A stretch of DNA of 64,000 nucleotides. Origin: Chiloscyllium plagiosum (lineage: Eukaryota). Below the pieces are notes generated by a model that ran no database searches, had not been told where the DNA came from, and saw only the letters and a list, made by a program, of their open reading frames with translations. The stretch spans positions 50,978,913-51,042,912 of the forward strand of contig NC_057719.1 of the NCBI RefSeq assembly GCF_004010195.1, given 5' to 3'. Both the position numbers and the translations under genes were made by a program. This document shows, in pieces, positions 48,835 through 61,190 of this stretch; the stretch's first letter is position 1, and each line of letters begins with the position of its first letter.

Positions 48835-49697
48835 TCATTTTGGATGTAGGTTTGCCCACTGAGCTGGAAGGTTCATTTCGAGATGTTTTGTTACCCTACT
48901 AGGTAACATCTTCAATGGGCCTCAGGCAAAGCAATGCTGAAAATTCCTGCTTTCTATTTATGTTTGGGTTTCTTTGGGTTGGTGATATCATTGCCTGTGG
49001 TGATGTTATTTCCTGTGGTGCGGTTACTTCCTGTTCCTTTTTTCAGGGGGTGGTAGATGGGGTCCAAGTCAATGTGTTTGTTGATAGAGTTCCATTTGGA
49101 ATGCCATGCTTCTAGGAATTCTCGTGCGTGTCTTTATTTGGCTTGTCCTAGGATGGATGTGTTGTCCCAGTTGAAGTGGTGTCCTTCCTAATCTGTATGT
49201 CTGTATATGTTCTTTCAAGTTCATTAGCTGCTGTTTTAATGCGTTGGTGGGTTTGTGGGCTACCATGATGCCAAAGGGTCTGAGTAGTCTGGCAGTCATT
49301 TCCGAGATGTCTTACAGATGAGGCAGGACACCACTTCAACTGGGACAACACATCCATCCATCCTAGGCTAAGCCAAACAAAGACACGCACGAGAATTCCT
49401 AGATGCATGGCATTCCAAGCAGAATTCTATCAACAAACACATTGAATTAGACCCCATCCACCACCTCCTGAGAAAAGGAACAGGAAGTGGCTTCACCACA
49501 GGAAATGACATCACCAACCCAAAGAAATCCAAACATATAAATAGAAACAAGTAATTTTCAGCATTGCTTTGCCTGAGGCCCATTGAATATGTCATCTAGT
49601 AGGGTAATGAAATGTCTGGAAATGAACCCTCCAGCTCAGCGAGCAAACCTACATCTGAACCCTCAACCTGAGCTACAGATCTTCTCAAAACTCGCTA
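48835..49697. mobile_element. Fold-back Penelope-like insertion
   Basis: Inverted arms encode GHHFNWDNTSILG..AREFL.AWHS; upstream minus strand reads TARLLRPFGIMVAHKPTNALKQQL. TSD atccctcc at 48827-48834 and 49698-49705. Confidence 0.85.
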
Positions 49698-49947
49698 ATC
49701 CCTCCAAATATTTCGTATTCATGTACTTATCCAAATGTCTTTTAAATGTTGTAATTGTGTCCAGATCCACCACTTGAACTGAAATGAATTTATTGTCACG
49801 TATACCGAGGCACAGTGAAAAACTTTGTTTTGTGAGCAATACGAGCAGATCACATTGTTAAGTAACATAGATAGTAAATAATAGTAAACAGAGACAAAAA
49901 CAAAAACACAGGTACAGGCGAATTTAAAGAATTTGCGAGTCCATTTT

Positions 49948-50285
49948 GGGGTGGCATGGTGGCTCAGTGGTTAGCACTGTTGCCTCTTAGTGCCAGGGAC
50001 CTGGGTTCGATTCCTGCCTTGGGTGACTGTCTGTGTGGAGTTTGCACATTCTCCCCGTGTCTGCGTGGTTTCCTCCGGGTGCTCTGGTTTCCTCCCACAA
50101 TTTAATGATGTGCAGGTCAGGTGAATTGGCAATGCTAAATTGCTCATAGTGTTAGGTGCGATAGTCAGGGGTAAGTATAGGGTAGGGTAATGGGTCTGGG
50201 TGGGTTACTCTTCAGAGGGTTGGTATGGTCTTGGGCCGAAGGGCCTGTTTCCATACTGTAAGGAATCTAATCTAATCTATATCTA
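49948..50285 (+). mobile_element. HE1-type SINE nested in the Rex1/Babar-like LINE
   Basis: Matches 47931-48258. Confidence 0.9.
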
Positions 50286-50928
50286 AACTGTTATGAAACC
50301 AACTGGTGTGTGTGTTCAGGCTTCTGTAACGTCTCCCCGATGGTAGAGATTGCAGAAAAACAATGCCTGGGTGGGATGGATCTTTAAGAATGCTGGAGGC
50401 CTTTCCTTGACAGTGCGCCTGGTAGATGGATATCATAGATGGGAGGTTGGCCTTTGTAATTGTCCGGACTGAGTTCACCATCTCCAATCTTGAATGGCAC
50501 AGTTGCCATACCAGGAAGTGATACATTCAGGCAGAATGCTCTTGATGGCACACCTATAAAAGTTGGCAAGGGTACTCGCCATCATGCCAAATTTCCTCAG
50601 CTGCCTGAGGAAGAAGAGACCTTGTTGGGCCTTTGTAACCAGTATGTCCACATGAAGAGTCCATGAAAGCTTGTTGTGGATGACCAATCCCAGGAACTTG
50701 ACACTTTCCACTGGTTTCACCTCTGTGCTGTTAATGTGTTGGGGGACATGAGTAACATCCCGCCGAAAGTCAATAATGAGTTCCTTGGTTTAGCTGGCAT
50801 TGAGAACTAGGTTGTCCTCAGTGCACCATTTTTCCAGGTCTTCCACCTCCTGTCTATAGTCTGTTTCATCGCCTTCTGAGATTCGACTGACCACAGTAGT
50901 GTCATCAGAGAATTTGTAAATGGCATTA

Positions 50929-51739
50929 CAGAGAAACCTCAATTATCCAAATATCAATTATCTGAATATCAGTTTATCCAAAGGAGATCTCGAGGTACCA
51001 ATAGAAACACTGCATCAAAGAGCTGTTTCAACCCTGATCGCATCTTGTTTGCAGGTACAATGATTAAAAACAATCTTGGCTTACTGAAATGCTGCTGAGA
51101 ACAGTCCAGGACATCGATGGGAGCCCAGGCATCATCTCCAAATGACTGACATCCTGCTCTCTCTCTCCCTCTTCCCCTCCCCACACTTCCCTGGAGTTCT
51201 AAAGAGGGGTATACCCTAAACCGCCTTACCCCGGTTTTCTCTCTAACAGTGCCCTGTACAGGGCAGAGGTGGAACTTGTCAAAAAGTTGCAGTAAACAGT
51301 TGTGTCTGTGTGTATGTGGTATTTGGAGACTTACCCCACCAACAGCAGTCTTACTGTTGGTGTCTACTCCGGCTGCCCCAGAGGGTGAAGGGGGCTGATG
51401 GGGGCAGGGGTGCACGTTGGGGGGGGAGGGACGGTGAGTATGCAGACAGGGGTCAGACAGTGGGTGGAAGTGGGGGTGGGCAGGGTGAGTGGTGCTGGCC
51501 GAGGTTGGGCGCAGATGGAGGGCGGTGTTGGGGGGGGCGGGCAGGGGGTGGTGTTGGACGGGGTTGGGGGGGTCAGCGGCTTGCGCATGATGTGCTGCGC
51601 CTAGTCTCCTGAACAGGGAGCAGACTTAACAGAAAACTCCGAGCCCCAGAGGAGAGGCATTGAATTGATTAACCAAATAATCAATTGTCCAAATGAAATA
51701 GTGCCTGCCTGTCTTATTCGGATAATCGAGGTTCCATTG
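50929..51739. mobile_element. Non-autonomous Tc1/mariner (Tigger/pogo-like) element
   Basis: TA TSD at 50927-50928 and 51740-51741. TIRs CAGAGAAACCTCAATTATCCAAAT and CAATGGAACCTCGATTATCCGAAT. Removing it restores the host RT reading frame. Confidence 0.85.
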
Positions 51740-53249
51740 TAGTCTGGTATTTGGTGATGCAATCATGGGTATACAGTAAGTACAGTAGGGGGCTGAGTAC
51801 GCACCCCTGGGGGGCTCCAGTGTTGAGTGTTAATGACGATGAAATATTCATTGGTTGTGGCCTGTGGGTCAGGAAACTGAGGAACCAGTTGCAAAGAGTG
51901 GGGCTTAGTCTGAGATCACTAAGTTTAGTAATCAGCTTCGAGGGGCTAATAGAGTTGAAGGCTGAACTGTAGTCAATGAGTAGGGTTCTTACTTAGCTGT
52001 TCTTGGTGTCAAGATGTTCTAGGGAGGAGTGAAGAGCATTTCCTCAGGAAGTTCATTCCACATGTGAACCACCCTCTGTGTAAGGAAAATCCCCTCATCT
52101 TTTTTAAGTCTCTCTTCTCTTATTTTAAAAATGTGCCCCCAGTCTTGAAATCCCCCATCTTAGGGAAAGACACTTATCATTAACCCTATCTATACACTTC
52201 ATGATTCTACAAACTTCTTTCAATCTTTCAACCTCCTATGCTCCAGTGAAAAACATCCCAGCCTCATCTTATAACTCGAGCCTTCCATACCCAGCATCAT
52301 CCTGGTGAATCTCTTCTGAATCCTTTCCAGCTTAATAATACCTTTCCTATAACTGGACGACCAGAACTGGACATGGTATTCCAGAAGAGGCCTCACCAAT
52401 GTCCTGTAAAACCTCAAAATGACTTCCCAATTCCAATAGTCAGAGGACTGACCAATGAAGGCAAGTGTGCCAAACCCTTTTTAACCACCTTGTTTCGGTG
52501 TGATGTAAACTTCAAAGTCGCGTGCTTTTGACTAAAAATGGAATGTTGTCCATCTATAGACAATGAACCCAAATAACATCATCATGTGTTTCAGAAAATA
52601 CCATAGATATTGAAAGGATTTACTGCAGTGTTGAACTGTAAAAGAAAGAACTCATATCTTTATAATACCTTTCAGGTCATTCTGAAGCACTGTATTGAAC
52701 TGTATTGGCAGGAAAATGCTTCTAAAGTAGAATCGCTGTCTTAATGTAGGACAATGGAATAGAGATGTCCTTAGCATCAGCCAAGCAAAATGGCAACTTG
52801 CAACTTTTGCTGAATTACACAGAAACTATATTATGATACAAAGTAAATACTTTCAATAGAGAGATTGAATGGCTTAAATTCTCACCTTGATTCCACTTTA
52901 CAAAGAACAGTCACAGAGATGCATCAAACAAATATCAGTCATTCACTACAATTCCTTTTAATTTCTGGAAAATTGAATGGAGTAAAAAAAGAAAGTTACA
53001 GTAAAGGAGACCATTCAGTCCCTTGTCATCTTGTTGGTTCTCAAGGAGCAATCCAGTCACACTTTTTCCACAATGCCCTCCATTTTATTTATTTTCTTTA
53101 GATGATTATCCAATTCCCTTTTGAAGATGACAAAATCAACCAGTTGCTGTGTAAAAATCTTTATTGCCCACATCCTAATTGCGGGTAACTCCAGTACAAA
53201 CCCAACTCTAGACTGAAACACAACTGTTCACTGTTAATCTCTATTTTAG

Positions 53250-53850
53250 CTCATCTGCACTGGAAGCCTCATTCATGTCATTTTTCAATCTGGACTTAAT
53301 TAATCCATATGCTCCTGCCTCTCTCCCACATTTTACCTTGCACAAATCAAGACTATTGAAATCTTTGCCTCCTGTATCATTAAATACTCCATGTTTGTGA
53401 CACTTATGGTCCCTGGACTGGCTGGTATACATTATTTCCTAGTCAATTAACCTCTTGACTTTCAAATTCCTCCCTTATTTTCAAATCTCTGCATGGTCTT
53501 GCCCTTCCCCATGTCTGTATTTCAACCAGCCCCACAACCCTCTAAAATATTTATTTTCCACTCATAATGACTACTTGTGTACCCCTGATTTTAATTGCTC
53601 TAGAGTTAGTGGTCACAACTTAATTTGTCTTGGATCTACGCTCTAGAATACAACATTCCACTTTTTACCCTACTTTTTTTCCTTTTAATATACCCCTTAA
53701 AATCTAATTCTTTACCTAACATTTTGGACATTTGCCCTATTATCGCCTTCTGTGAATCAGTGTCATATTTTGTCTTTAAATATTCCAGTGAAATGCATTG
53801 TTCTATTTCATCACATTTAAAGGCCCTATACAAATGTAAAATTTAGCCAT
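53250..53850 (+). mobile_element. Old L2-type LINE 3' end
   Basis: 'ttcaaatctctgcatggtcttgccc' (FKSLHGLA) and an L2-like tail 'aaaggccctatacaaatgtaa'. Confidence 0.55.
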
Positions 53851-53949
53851 TGTGGTTTACTCTCTGTTTCCTGACTCTCAGCCAACTTCATATCTATTCT
53901 GCCTCTATTCATTTTACTTCATGTGCTTGTAATTTTAAGGATAATCCTA

Positions 53950-56010
53950 TTAGGTGACATTTTATCAATCACCTTTTGAAACCCCATTTACACCATATCA
54001 ACTATATTACTCTCATCAACCCTACTACCTCATAAAAATACTCAGCAAAATTAGTTAAATTTCCTTTAGACTCCTTTATTTGACTCCAAATGCGTCCTTA
54101 ACAAATCCATGCTGACTTTCCTTAATTTGTCCATATTTCTCCATGTACTGTCAGTTATTGCTGAATTATTATTTCTAAAGCTTCCCTATGAATTACATTG
54201 ACTTGCCAGTAGTTGCTGGGCTTATTCCCACATCCTGGATGTTACATTTGCAATTCATCAGTCATCTGGAACTACTTCTGTATCCAAGCAGAATTGCCTC
54301 AAAACTCAGACGCAAGGAATGTCTTGTTCCTCTAGTCCCTCTATTCCATGTGTCACAAAGAACCAAGAAGACCAATTAAATACCTTATTTCTATTAGGTT
54401 ATAAACAAAAAAAATCTATCAACCAGGTTTCTTAATAAACACAATTGTGAGCCTATTATCAAATAAAACCTATTTTATAAAGTTGGAGCAATTGGTTAAT
54501 GTACAGTGTCAGTCTAAATAATCCTTAAACATACACATAAATACCATAAACATAATGGATTAGTCTTAAAAGCAAAAAGATAAGGTGTAGAATATTTCAG
54601 TGTCTTTTGCAGTGATGTTCTGCTATATAGCCCCAGTCACCAATTGTGTTATTTTGTGAAGTCTTGCAGACACAGTTTGCTCAGGAAGCACGATCTTGAG
54701 GTGATCTTTGAATCACTGTGTGAGAACAGCAAATAGGTTCCACCCTAAACTGGTGCAGGTGGTTTATTTTTCAGAAATGGGAGAGATTAGCTGGGCAGCT
54801 TGTTGTTAGCAGTGTTCCCTCCAACTGAACTGGATAAACAAGAACCTTTCCAAGCTAGTCCCTTTTCAAAAGATGGTACCAGCAGGTACAGCAAAGTAAG
54901 AGTTGTCACCAGTCATGTGATTTATTGATGAGATTTGTTACACAAACGTCTAATGCCCTCACTTAACTTTCATAGATAAAGAAAAGGTTCCGGGTATGTC
55001 CACAACTTGAAATAAATTCCCTTTTTCTTGAAACTTCAAACTGAACCCTAAACAATACTAAATGTATGGCATCTCCATAATTGGAAAATTATAACCTGTA
55101 CTCCTACAATTCTATGAATTTCCAGTCTTACTTTCCTCAATGTCCTCAGACACATCTGATCCAATACTGGTACTTATCAATTCAAAGAAGAAGCATCCTT
55201 TCTAATATCTTCTCTTTCTTTTAACATTTGCAGTGTCTCAACTATCTCTTACTGCACCACAACCTTGATAGCTTCATCTTCCTTGTTAAAGGCATTTGTG
55301 AAGTATAATGTCAGTGTACTTTCTGACCATGCCAAGATTCTTCCTTTGTTCCCTAACCAGCCACATTGCTCTTACACCCTTTTATTAATTGTATACTTTT
55401 GGAGATTTTGCATCCTGTTTTCATTAGCTGCTAGCTTTTTCTCAGATTCTATCTTTGCTGTTCTTATTTTATTCAGACAATCTTTGAGCCTTCTAAATCC
55501 AGCCTGATTCTCACTTCTATTATAGGCCTGCCATTTGCCATTCACACCCTTTTTCTGCTTCATCCTTTTTCACATCCAATGAGCGGAGGCTTTGATTGTC
55601 CCACAGTCCTCACTCTTGGGAATGCCCTTTGACTATTAATTTATCTCTTTAAAGGCAGCAATTGTTCCATTGCAGTTTTGCTGCCAATCTTTGTTTCCAA
55701 TTTATCTATCTCCTAATTGAAATTGGCTCTCCCTTGACTGTTTTCGCAGTATTATTTCCCGCCTTTTTTCCATAGCTAACCTGAACTCTGTGCCATTGTA
55801 ACTACATTGTTCCATCATGTCCCCCACTGTTCTTTGATCCGCTTGTGACACCTCATTCTCTAGAAGCAGATCCAACAATATCTCCTTTCTGTTTGAGTCA
55901 GAAATATATTGATGCAGAAATTTCTTCTGCCCACACTTTGGGAAGTCTTTCCCTTCACTCTGCCTTTATATTACTATCCCAGTGTATATTAGGATAATTA
56001 AAGTCCTAAT
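53950..56010 (-). mobile_element. Highly decayed CR1-type LINE, apparently interrupted at about 54300-55080
   Basis: ORF 55372-55563 (..KIRTAKIESEKKLA..) resembles the CR1 ORF2 linker; DFQK-like motif near 53975. Confidence 0.45.
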
Positions 56011-56859
56011 GATAACTAATGCAGATCCCTACAGTTCAGTGAGTCTTATTTTGAGTAGGATTTTAAGTGAGTATAGATTGGAAAGCTATACATTTTCTCC
56101 CCTGAGTTGATGCTTATCTGTCGGTATACTTGGTGTCAACTTTGAAAAGGTTTTAAGTTTGGAAAGGGTTAAAACATCGCAGTTTGACATCGAGCTTTGA
56201 ACTGTTTTATCTGGAAACCTGCTGTAAACATTTTGCGCGGCTGTTTATTCTTTGCCTTCGCACCGCCGATATGTTTACTTTATAAAAGGAACATGCCCTT
56301 TTTATCAAGATGGCAGAAAATGAACTAAAATCAAACTTCGCGCGTTATTTCTCGACGCATCCGAGTTGCTATGGTGCTCCATGCAAGCAAGTAGTTATCC
56401 CATCTTTCAGACTAATCCTATATACGAATATTGTCCAAACTAATTTATTGAATAATGCAGGAAAAGAATTACAAAACCAAGAAGTGTTGCTAGCAACATG
56501 AGTTTCTGTTTGGTACAAAATCCTGTACTATGTCTTAATTTATTTTGATGTGGCTTCGAAATACACAGTTTTGTTTCAAACAATCCAATTTTCAAAACTG
56601 TTAATATCTGCATATGATTTGTATATTTTGTGCAACACTGCAGCTGCCACTAAATTATTCCTCCTCCATCTATAATGTCTATGGGACAGATTAAGGTCCA
56701 TTGTCATTTTGAAAATTGCACCTTGGAAATATTGATGGATTTTTAAACCATGACATCCCATGCATTTCCCCCCGTCAGTTCCTTTCGCTGCGCTTAAAAT
56801 GTCGAGGATTTCTTTGTTTGAAGAAACGATATTGTGAATGTGCAAAGTTTTAATTTTAA

Positions 56860-57314
56860 ACGTTGAGAGTCTCTGTTGTGTTCATTGTCCAGAAGAGGCG
56901 CTATCCTTGAAGCGAAGGTGGCGTCCCCGATACTGTTTGATGTAGCCGCGCAGCTCGGCTGGAGTTCATCACATTTTGATTAGTCGATTAGATCAGTGCC
57001 TGTGGCGGGGCGGCGGGACGCAAGTCGCGGGCTCACGCATCGACGCCCCCGGCTGCCTCTGCATTGGAGTCAAGGCAAGTCGGATAGCGGAGCTGTCAAC
57101 GGCGGGCGCTGCAGCAGCTTTCTGGGCAAGGGGGGACATTTCACAGTCTTCATCTCATCTGTCACCCCGGCAAAAAAAAATACACACACCCAGTTGGTTC
57201 ACCAGGACACTTTTGAAAAAAAAACGAAAAAGAATACAGTACTCGAACTCAACAAGCATTGGGGAGGTGAGGGCTGTTCTTTGCAAGAGTTCGTGTAACC
57301 CGAGCTCCTACCTA
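56860..57314 (+). promoter_or_regulatory. DACT1: CpG-rich promoter / 5' leader of DACT1
   Basis: Local GC and CpG enrichment, GC boxes (ggcggggcggcggg near 57004-57017) and no ATG from 56943 to 57314. Confidence 0.7.
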
Positions 57315-57656
57315 ATGCTGAAGCAGACACCCACTCTCCTAACGATGCCCGTTACCGGGGATCGGCATCCGTGCAGGCTGGAAGGAGAGAGCCGGAGCCG
57401 GGAGAAGCCAGAGGCTGACAGCGATCGATGCCGAACCCGGGACAGGCTGGAAGCGACCTTGGCGGGGCTGGGAGAGCTGGATTTCCTGAAGAACAGGCAG
57501 CAGTACTTGGTTCGGGGTGCAATGGAATTACTGAAACCTGCGCTACACACTCCAGCTCTCAAAGGCGACCAGGGAAAGGGATCTCAGGGAGAACTCCATC
57601 TGACCCCTGAGGAAAAGCGATTAGAAGATAACATTCTCATGTTGAGGAAACAATTG
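57315..57656 (+). CDS. DACT1: Dapper homolog 1, coding exon 1
   Basis: RTRDRLEATLAGLGELDFLKNRQQYLVRGA...EEKRLEDNILMLRKQL matches the DACT1 N-terminus. Phase-0 donor TTG|GTGAGA at 57657. The start could be 57315 or 57345. Confidence 0.92.
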
Positions 57657-59598
57657 GTGAGAAATTAAAGCAAATCAACTTTAAATATTATAAATTGTAT
57701 CATTGCAATTATCATATTTTTTGTAGTAATGAGATTTGCATGACTTTTTTTGTTTCCAAATGCAATGTCTTAAATTTTAATTGATCATTTTATTGCTACG
57801 CTTTGTATCATGGCTTGTGATGTCCGGAGACAGGGACAAAGTAAGGATTATATTTTAACTTCTGTCAAAAAAAAAGCCTGTCCGATTCAGAAATAATTTA
57901 AATTCCGTCCGCGCGAGGGATCTCACTTGTTTTCCTATTTACTTTGAACGACCTTCCTGCCACTTGATTTGATATCTGTAAAATGTACAGCGCGTTATTT
58001 TTTGCTGATTCAGGAACTGTAGGCTTCAGTCGGTGAATAGTGGGCGAGCTGAATCACATCGCTTTTGTAATGGATTACCAATCGAACGATGCGATACAGT
58101 ACTGCATCGAAGGTGTAAGATAGGGGGAGCTGGTCGTTAGTGGCAAATTCAGCTGCTGCATTTTAACAACCTCCAGTGAGTTCGATTAGAGGTCTTTGAA
58201 TGGCAGAGAGGAAGGGAGACGTGACTTTTTTAACCAAAAAAGATGCAGTAAATTAACTTCCTGCTAACGAAATAACAGCAAAAAAAACCTAATCTCTTCT
58301 TCGGAGGAGGTCCAGTTGCATGTTTTAAAGCCCTTGCTCTGTTACAATAGCTACAAGAGTGACTGAAATTAACTTTACAAGCGAACCTTAGCTCTCCCGC
58401 TGAGCTGGGGGTGGACCCACTGTTTATATGAAGCGATCAGCTGACTGAAATGAATCATTCAGAGCGTTTTTCTGTACAGTGTTTCTGCACCAAGTGTAGA
58501 ACAATAGATCTGGGCTATAACCTAACAACATGGAGTAATTAATCACAGACTCGGGTCCCCAGATCACTATTCTGGCTGTTGATAGAATCGGGGTGTTACT
58601 CGAGAGTTGCTGAGTCTGCAGTTTTAGGGTTCGCAAAGCCACCTTGATGTTTTAAAGCAAAACAAGGGAGCACCCCCGCCCCCCTCCTTCGGCAACGGCT
58701 CAGTTTGCTTTCCTGTGAGCTTTTATTCCAGCTCATCTGCAAGCGGCTCGTTAACGCTTTTTAAAAGTGAGTTTAATTCGATCATATTTAATACCGGAGA
58801 CGTGAGCTCAGAAATGATCCGCTTGCCCATTGCCAAGTCTGAATCCCGGCATCATCAATCACATTGAACTTTCTGTCACGCCAGATTCACAAGGGATCGA
58901 GACATTACGGGTGGAGGTCTGAGAATGTGCTTTGGCCGCTTTCTTTTAAAGAAAAAAAATAAAACAAAATAAAAGCTCATATTGCCTCTGGAATATCTAC
59001 ATAATAAAGCTTTGTTTTAAACCCGGAACAGTCACCGTTAGCCATTACCTCCCAAAATCTTGTAGGTAAATTACTCACCGAGATGGCAAACTGCCAATAA
59101 AAAAACATGTTCTACAAAGAATTTCAACTGTGTCTTGACTCAAATAATCTTAAAAAGAGTATTTTATTTTACTCAGTAGTTGCTTTATTGGGGAAAAAGA
59201 ACCGCATTCAATAATTCTCCTATGGGACTCCAACAACGTTATTACATTTTTTCAAAAAAAAACTTTAAGAATCCAATTTTAATCCATTCAGCCTGCGATT
59301 TTATATACCCGAATGTATGCAGCAGTGTTATAAGTTCGCTGATGTAACCAAAATGGAAACGGTTCAGCATTTATAGAATTCTGTCATTTTAATAGGAAAC
59401 ACGCTTGTAGTTTCATGGTGTGCCTGCAATGGTGGAAGTCAGACATAGGTTCATCTGACACAGTCAATGAATAGAATCACAGTGTTTCTTAACATTCTCT
59501 GGAAATTGTGGCACAGCTGAATTTTTCTAAAGGGAACATGGTCACAGTGTGGAGAGTTCTGCAGTTGATTAAAATGTGTTCCTGTTCAATCTTTTCAG

Positions 59599-59731
59599 AA
59601 CTGTTTGAGGAGGAGAGATGCAGGTCTCATAAATCAGCTCCAGGAGCTGGATCGACAGATCAGTGACCTTCAGTTGGATGTAGAAAAGACTCCAAATGAC
59701 AACTTAGAAACAGATAGTCGACCCAGCTCAG
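59599..59731 (+). CDS. DACT1: Dapper homolog 1, coding exon 2 (leucine zipper)
   Basis: Acceptor cttttcag|, [44 protein letters not shown], donor G|GTCAGT; 133 nt, phase 0 to 1. Confidence 0.95.
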
Positions 59732-60019
59732 GTCAGTATGTTATTGGCACCCAGATATAGGTTTTACAGGGGGATACATGTCAGTAGGAACTGTGAATTC
59801 TTGCTAAACTTCTGGAATATTTAATCTCTTTTTCAATTATCAAATTTGTTTACTAACACATAAGATCTTGTTGATTTAAAATCCAAGATCCAGAATCAGG
59901 CAACAGCATACTCTGAATAGAAATGTTTTACTGCTAACCTTTTTCCTCTGTAAGCAGACTTCAAAGGCTTAAAACTCAGAGAGCTAATATCCTGTCTCGT
60001 ATAAGGATATTAGGGGGGG

Positions 60020-60280
60020 GGGGCGATGGTGATAATGTTAATGTCACTGTACTTCAGCAGCCCAGGCTAATTGTCTGGGGACATGCATTCAAATCCCAGC
60101 TGATGGAGTTTAACTTCCATTAATTCATGTGGAATGTCAAGCTTGTTTCAGGAATGGTGACCAAGAAACTTCAATCTGCTTCACTAATGTTCCTTAGAGA
60201 TGGAAATTTGAAATCTATACTCAATCCGCCTACGCATGACTCCAAAGCCAAAACAACATGATTGACACTTAACTGCCTTC
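60020..60280 (+). mobile_element. Old tRNA-derived SINE (same family as about 15125-15445)
   Basis: Shared motifs 'taatgtcact', 'ttcaaatccc' and 'ttcactaatgttccttagagatggaaat'. Confidence 0.5.
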
Positions 60281-60283
60281 GGA

Positions 60284-61190
60284 AAAGGGTCCCCCTTGTC
60301 CTCACCTACCACCACATCAATCTCTGCATCCAACACAAAATCCTTTAAACACTTCCACCAACTCCAATTGGACCACACTACCAAGAACATCTTCCCCTCC
60401 CCACCCCTTTCCACTTTCTGCAAGGACCCTTCCCCTCGCCAATCTTTGGTTCACGTCACTCTTTCCTCCAATTCCACCCCCCCCCCAAACCCACAGGTAT
60501 CTTCCTCTGCAACCAGAAAAGATGCAAAACCTGCTGGCACACCTCACCTCCATCCAGGGCCCCAAACTGTTCTTCCAGGTGAGATAGAGGTCCACCTGCC
60601 TCTCCTCCAACCTAGTTTACTATATCCGGTGCTTCTGATGTGGTCTTCTCTACATCGGGGAGACCAAACGTTAACTAAGGGAATGTTTCGCCGAATCACT
60701 ATCCCTTTCCCACTCCCTTTCTGACCTGACCATCCTTGGCCTTGTCCATTGCCACAACAAATCAAATCGCAAATTGGAGGAACAACACTTCATCTTCCAC
60801 TTGGGCAATCTACAGCCCAGAGGACTCAACATTGACTTCTACAATTTCAAATAACCTCCCTTCCCAACACCCGACTCCCTTCCTGGATCCTCCCACCTCC
60901 CCCTTCCCCTTCCCCTGCCCTTCCATTCTATTCATCGACCCTTCCTCCTAGCCACCAACCAGATTCATTCCTCCTATTGATTAGCCACCAACTGGATTCA
61001 TTCCTCCTATTGACCAACCACATTGTATACCTATCCCACCTCACCACCCTGCCCCCGACCCCCTTTACCTGCAGCTCCCCTTACACCCTCCCCCAATCCT
61101 GAAGAAGGGTTACACCTGAAACGTTGACTTCTCCACCTCCTGATGCTGCCAGGCAAGCCAAGCATATGTTCTGCAAATGCTGGCTTTGTC
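60284..61190 (+). mobile_element. 5'-truncated Penelope-like element in DACT1 intron 2
   Basis: RVPLVLTYH..HFHQLQLDHTTKNIFPSPPLSTF and TCLSSNLVYYIRCF*CGLLYIGETKR (GIY-YIG), followed by a pyrimidine-rich 3' region and an HHR. Confidence 0.85.
61095..61129 (+). ncRNA. Minimal type-I hammerhead motif, sense to DACT1 pre-mRNA
   Basis: aauc-CUGAAGA-agggu-uac-accu-GAAA-CGUU-gacu; core intact, one stem-I mismatch. Confidence 0.65.

Larger units (their letters stand above)
49776..52036 (-). mobile_element. Rex1/Babar-like non-LTR retrotransposon, 5'-truncated
   Basis: [24 protein letters not shown] and VESVKFLGLVIHNKLSW..FLRQLRKFG..FYRCAIKSIL..ITSWYGN. Confidence 0.8.
48745..52520 (-). mobile_element. 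CR1 3' region split by nested insertions
   Basis: Pieces 48745-48834, 49698-49775 and 52037-52520 join into one colinear CR1; ORF 52220-52417 reads YRTLVRPLLEY. Confidence 0.75.

Noticed and set aside
51310..51612. Gly- and Pro-rich ORFs
   Set aside because: They are by-products of the G-rich low-complexity MITE interior.
54300..55080. Possible solo LTR interrupting the decayed CR1
   Set aside because: I could not define TG..CA termini with a TSD.
1..56800. Exons of an upstream neighbouring gene such as KIAA0586
   Set aside because: I could not recognise any by eye; small exons cannot be excluded without spliced alignment.
56976..57668. 230-aa single-exon ORF from the ORF track
   Set aside because: It starts at a TTG and runs through the splice donor at 57657. 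Only 57315-57656 resembles DACT1.
60950..61020. Short tandem duplication of about 38 bp
   Set aside because: It is a local duplication in the PLE 3' UTR with only two units and is not a CRISPR-like array.
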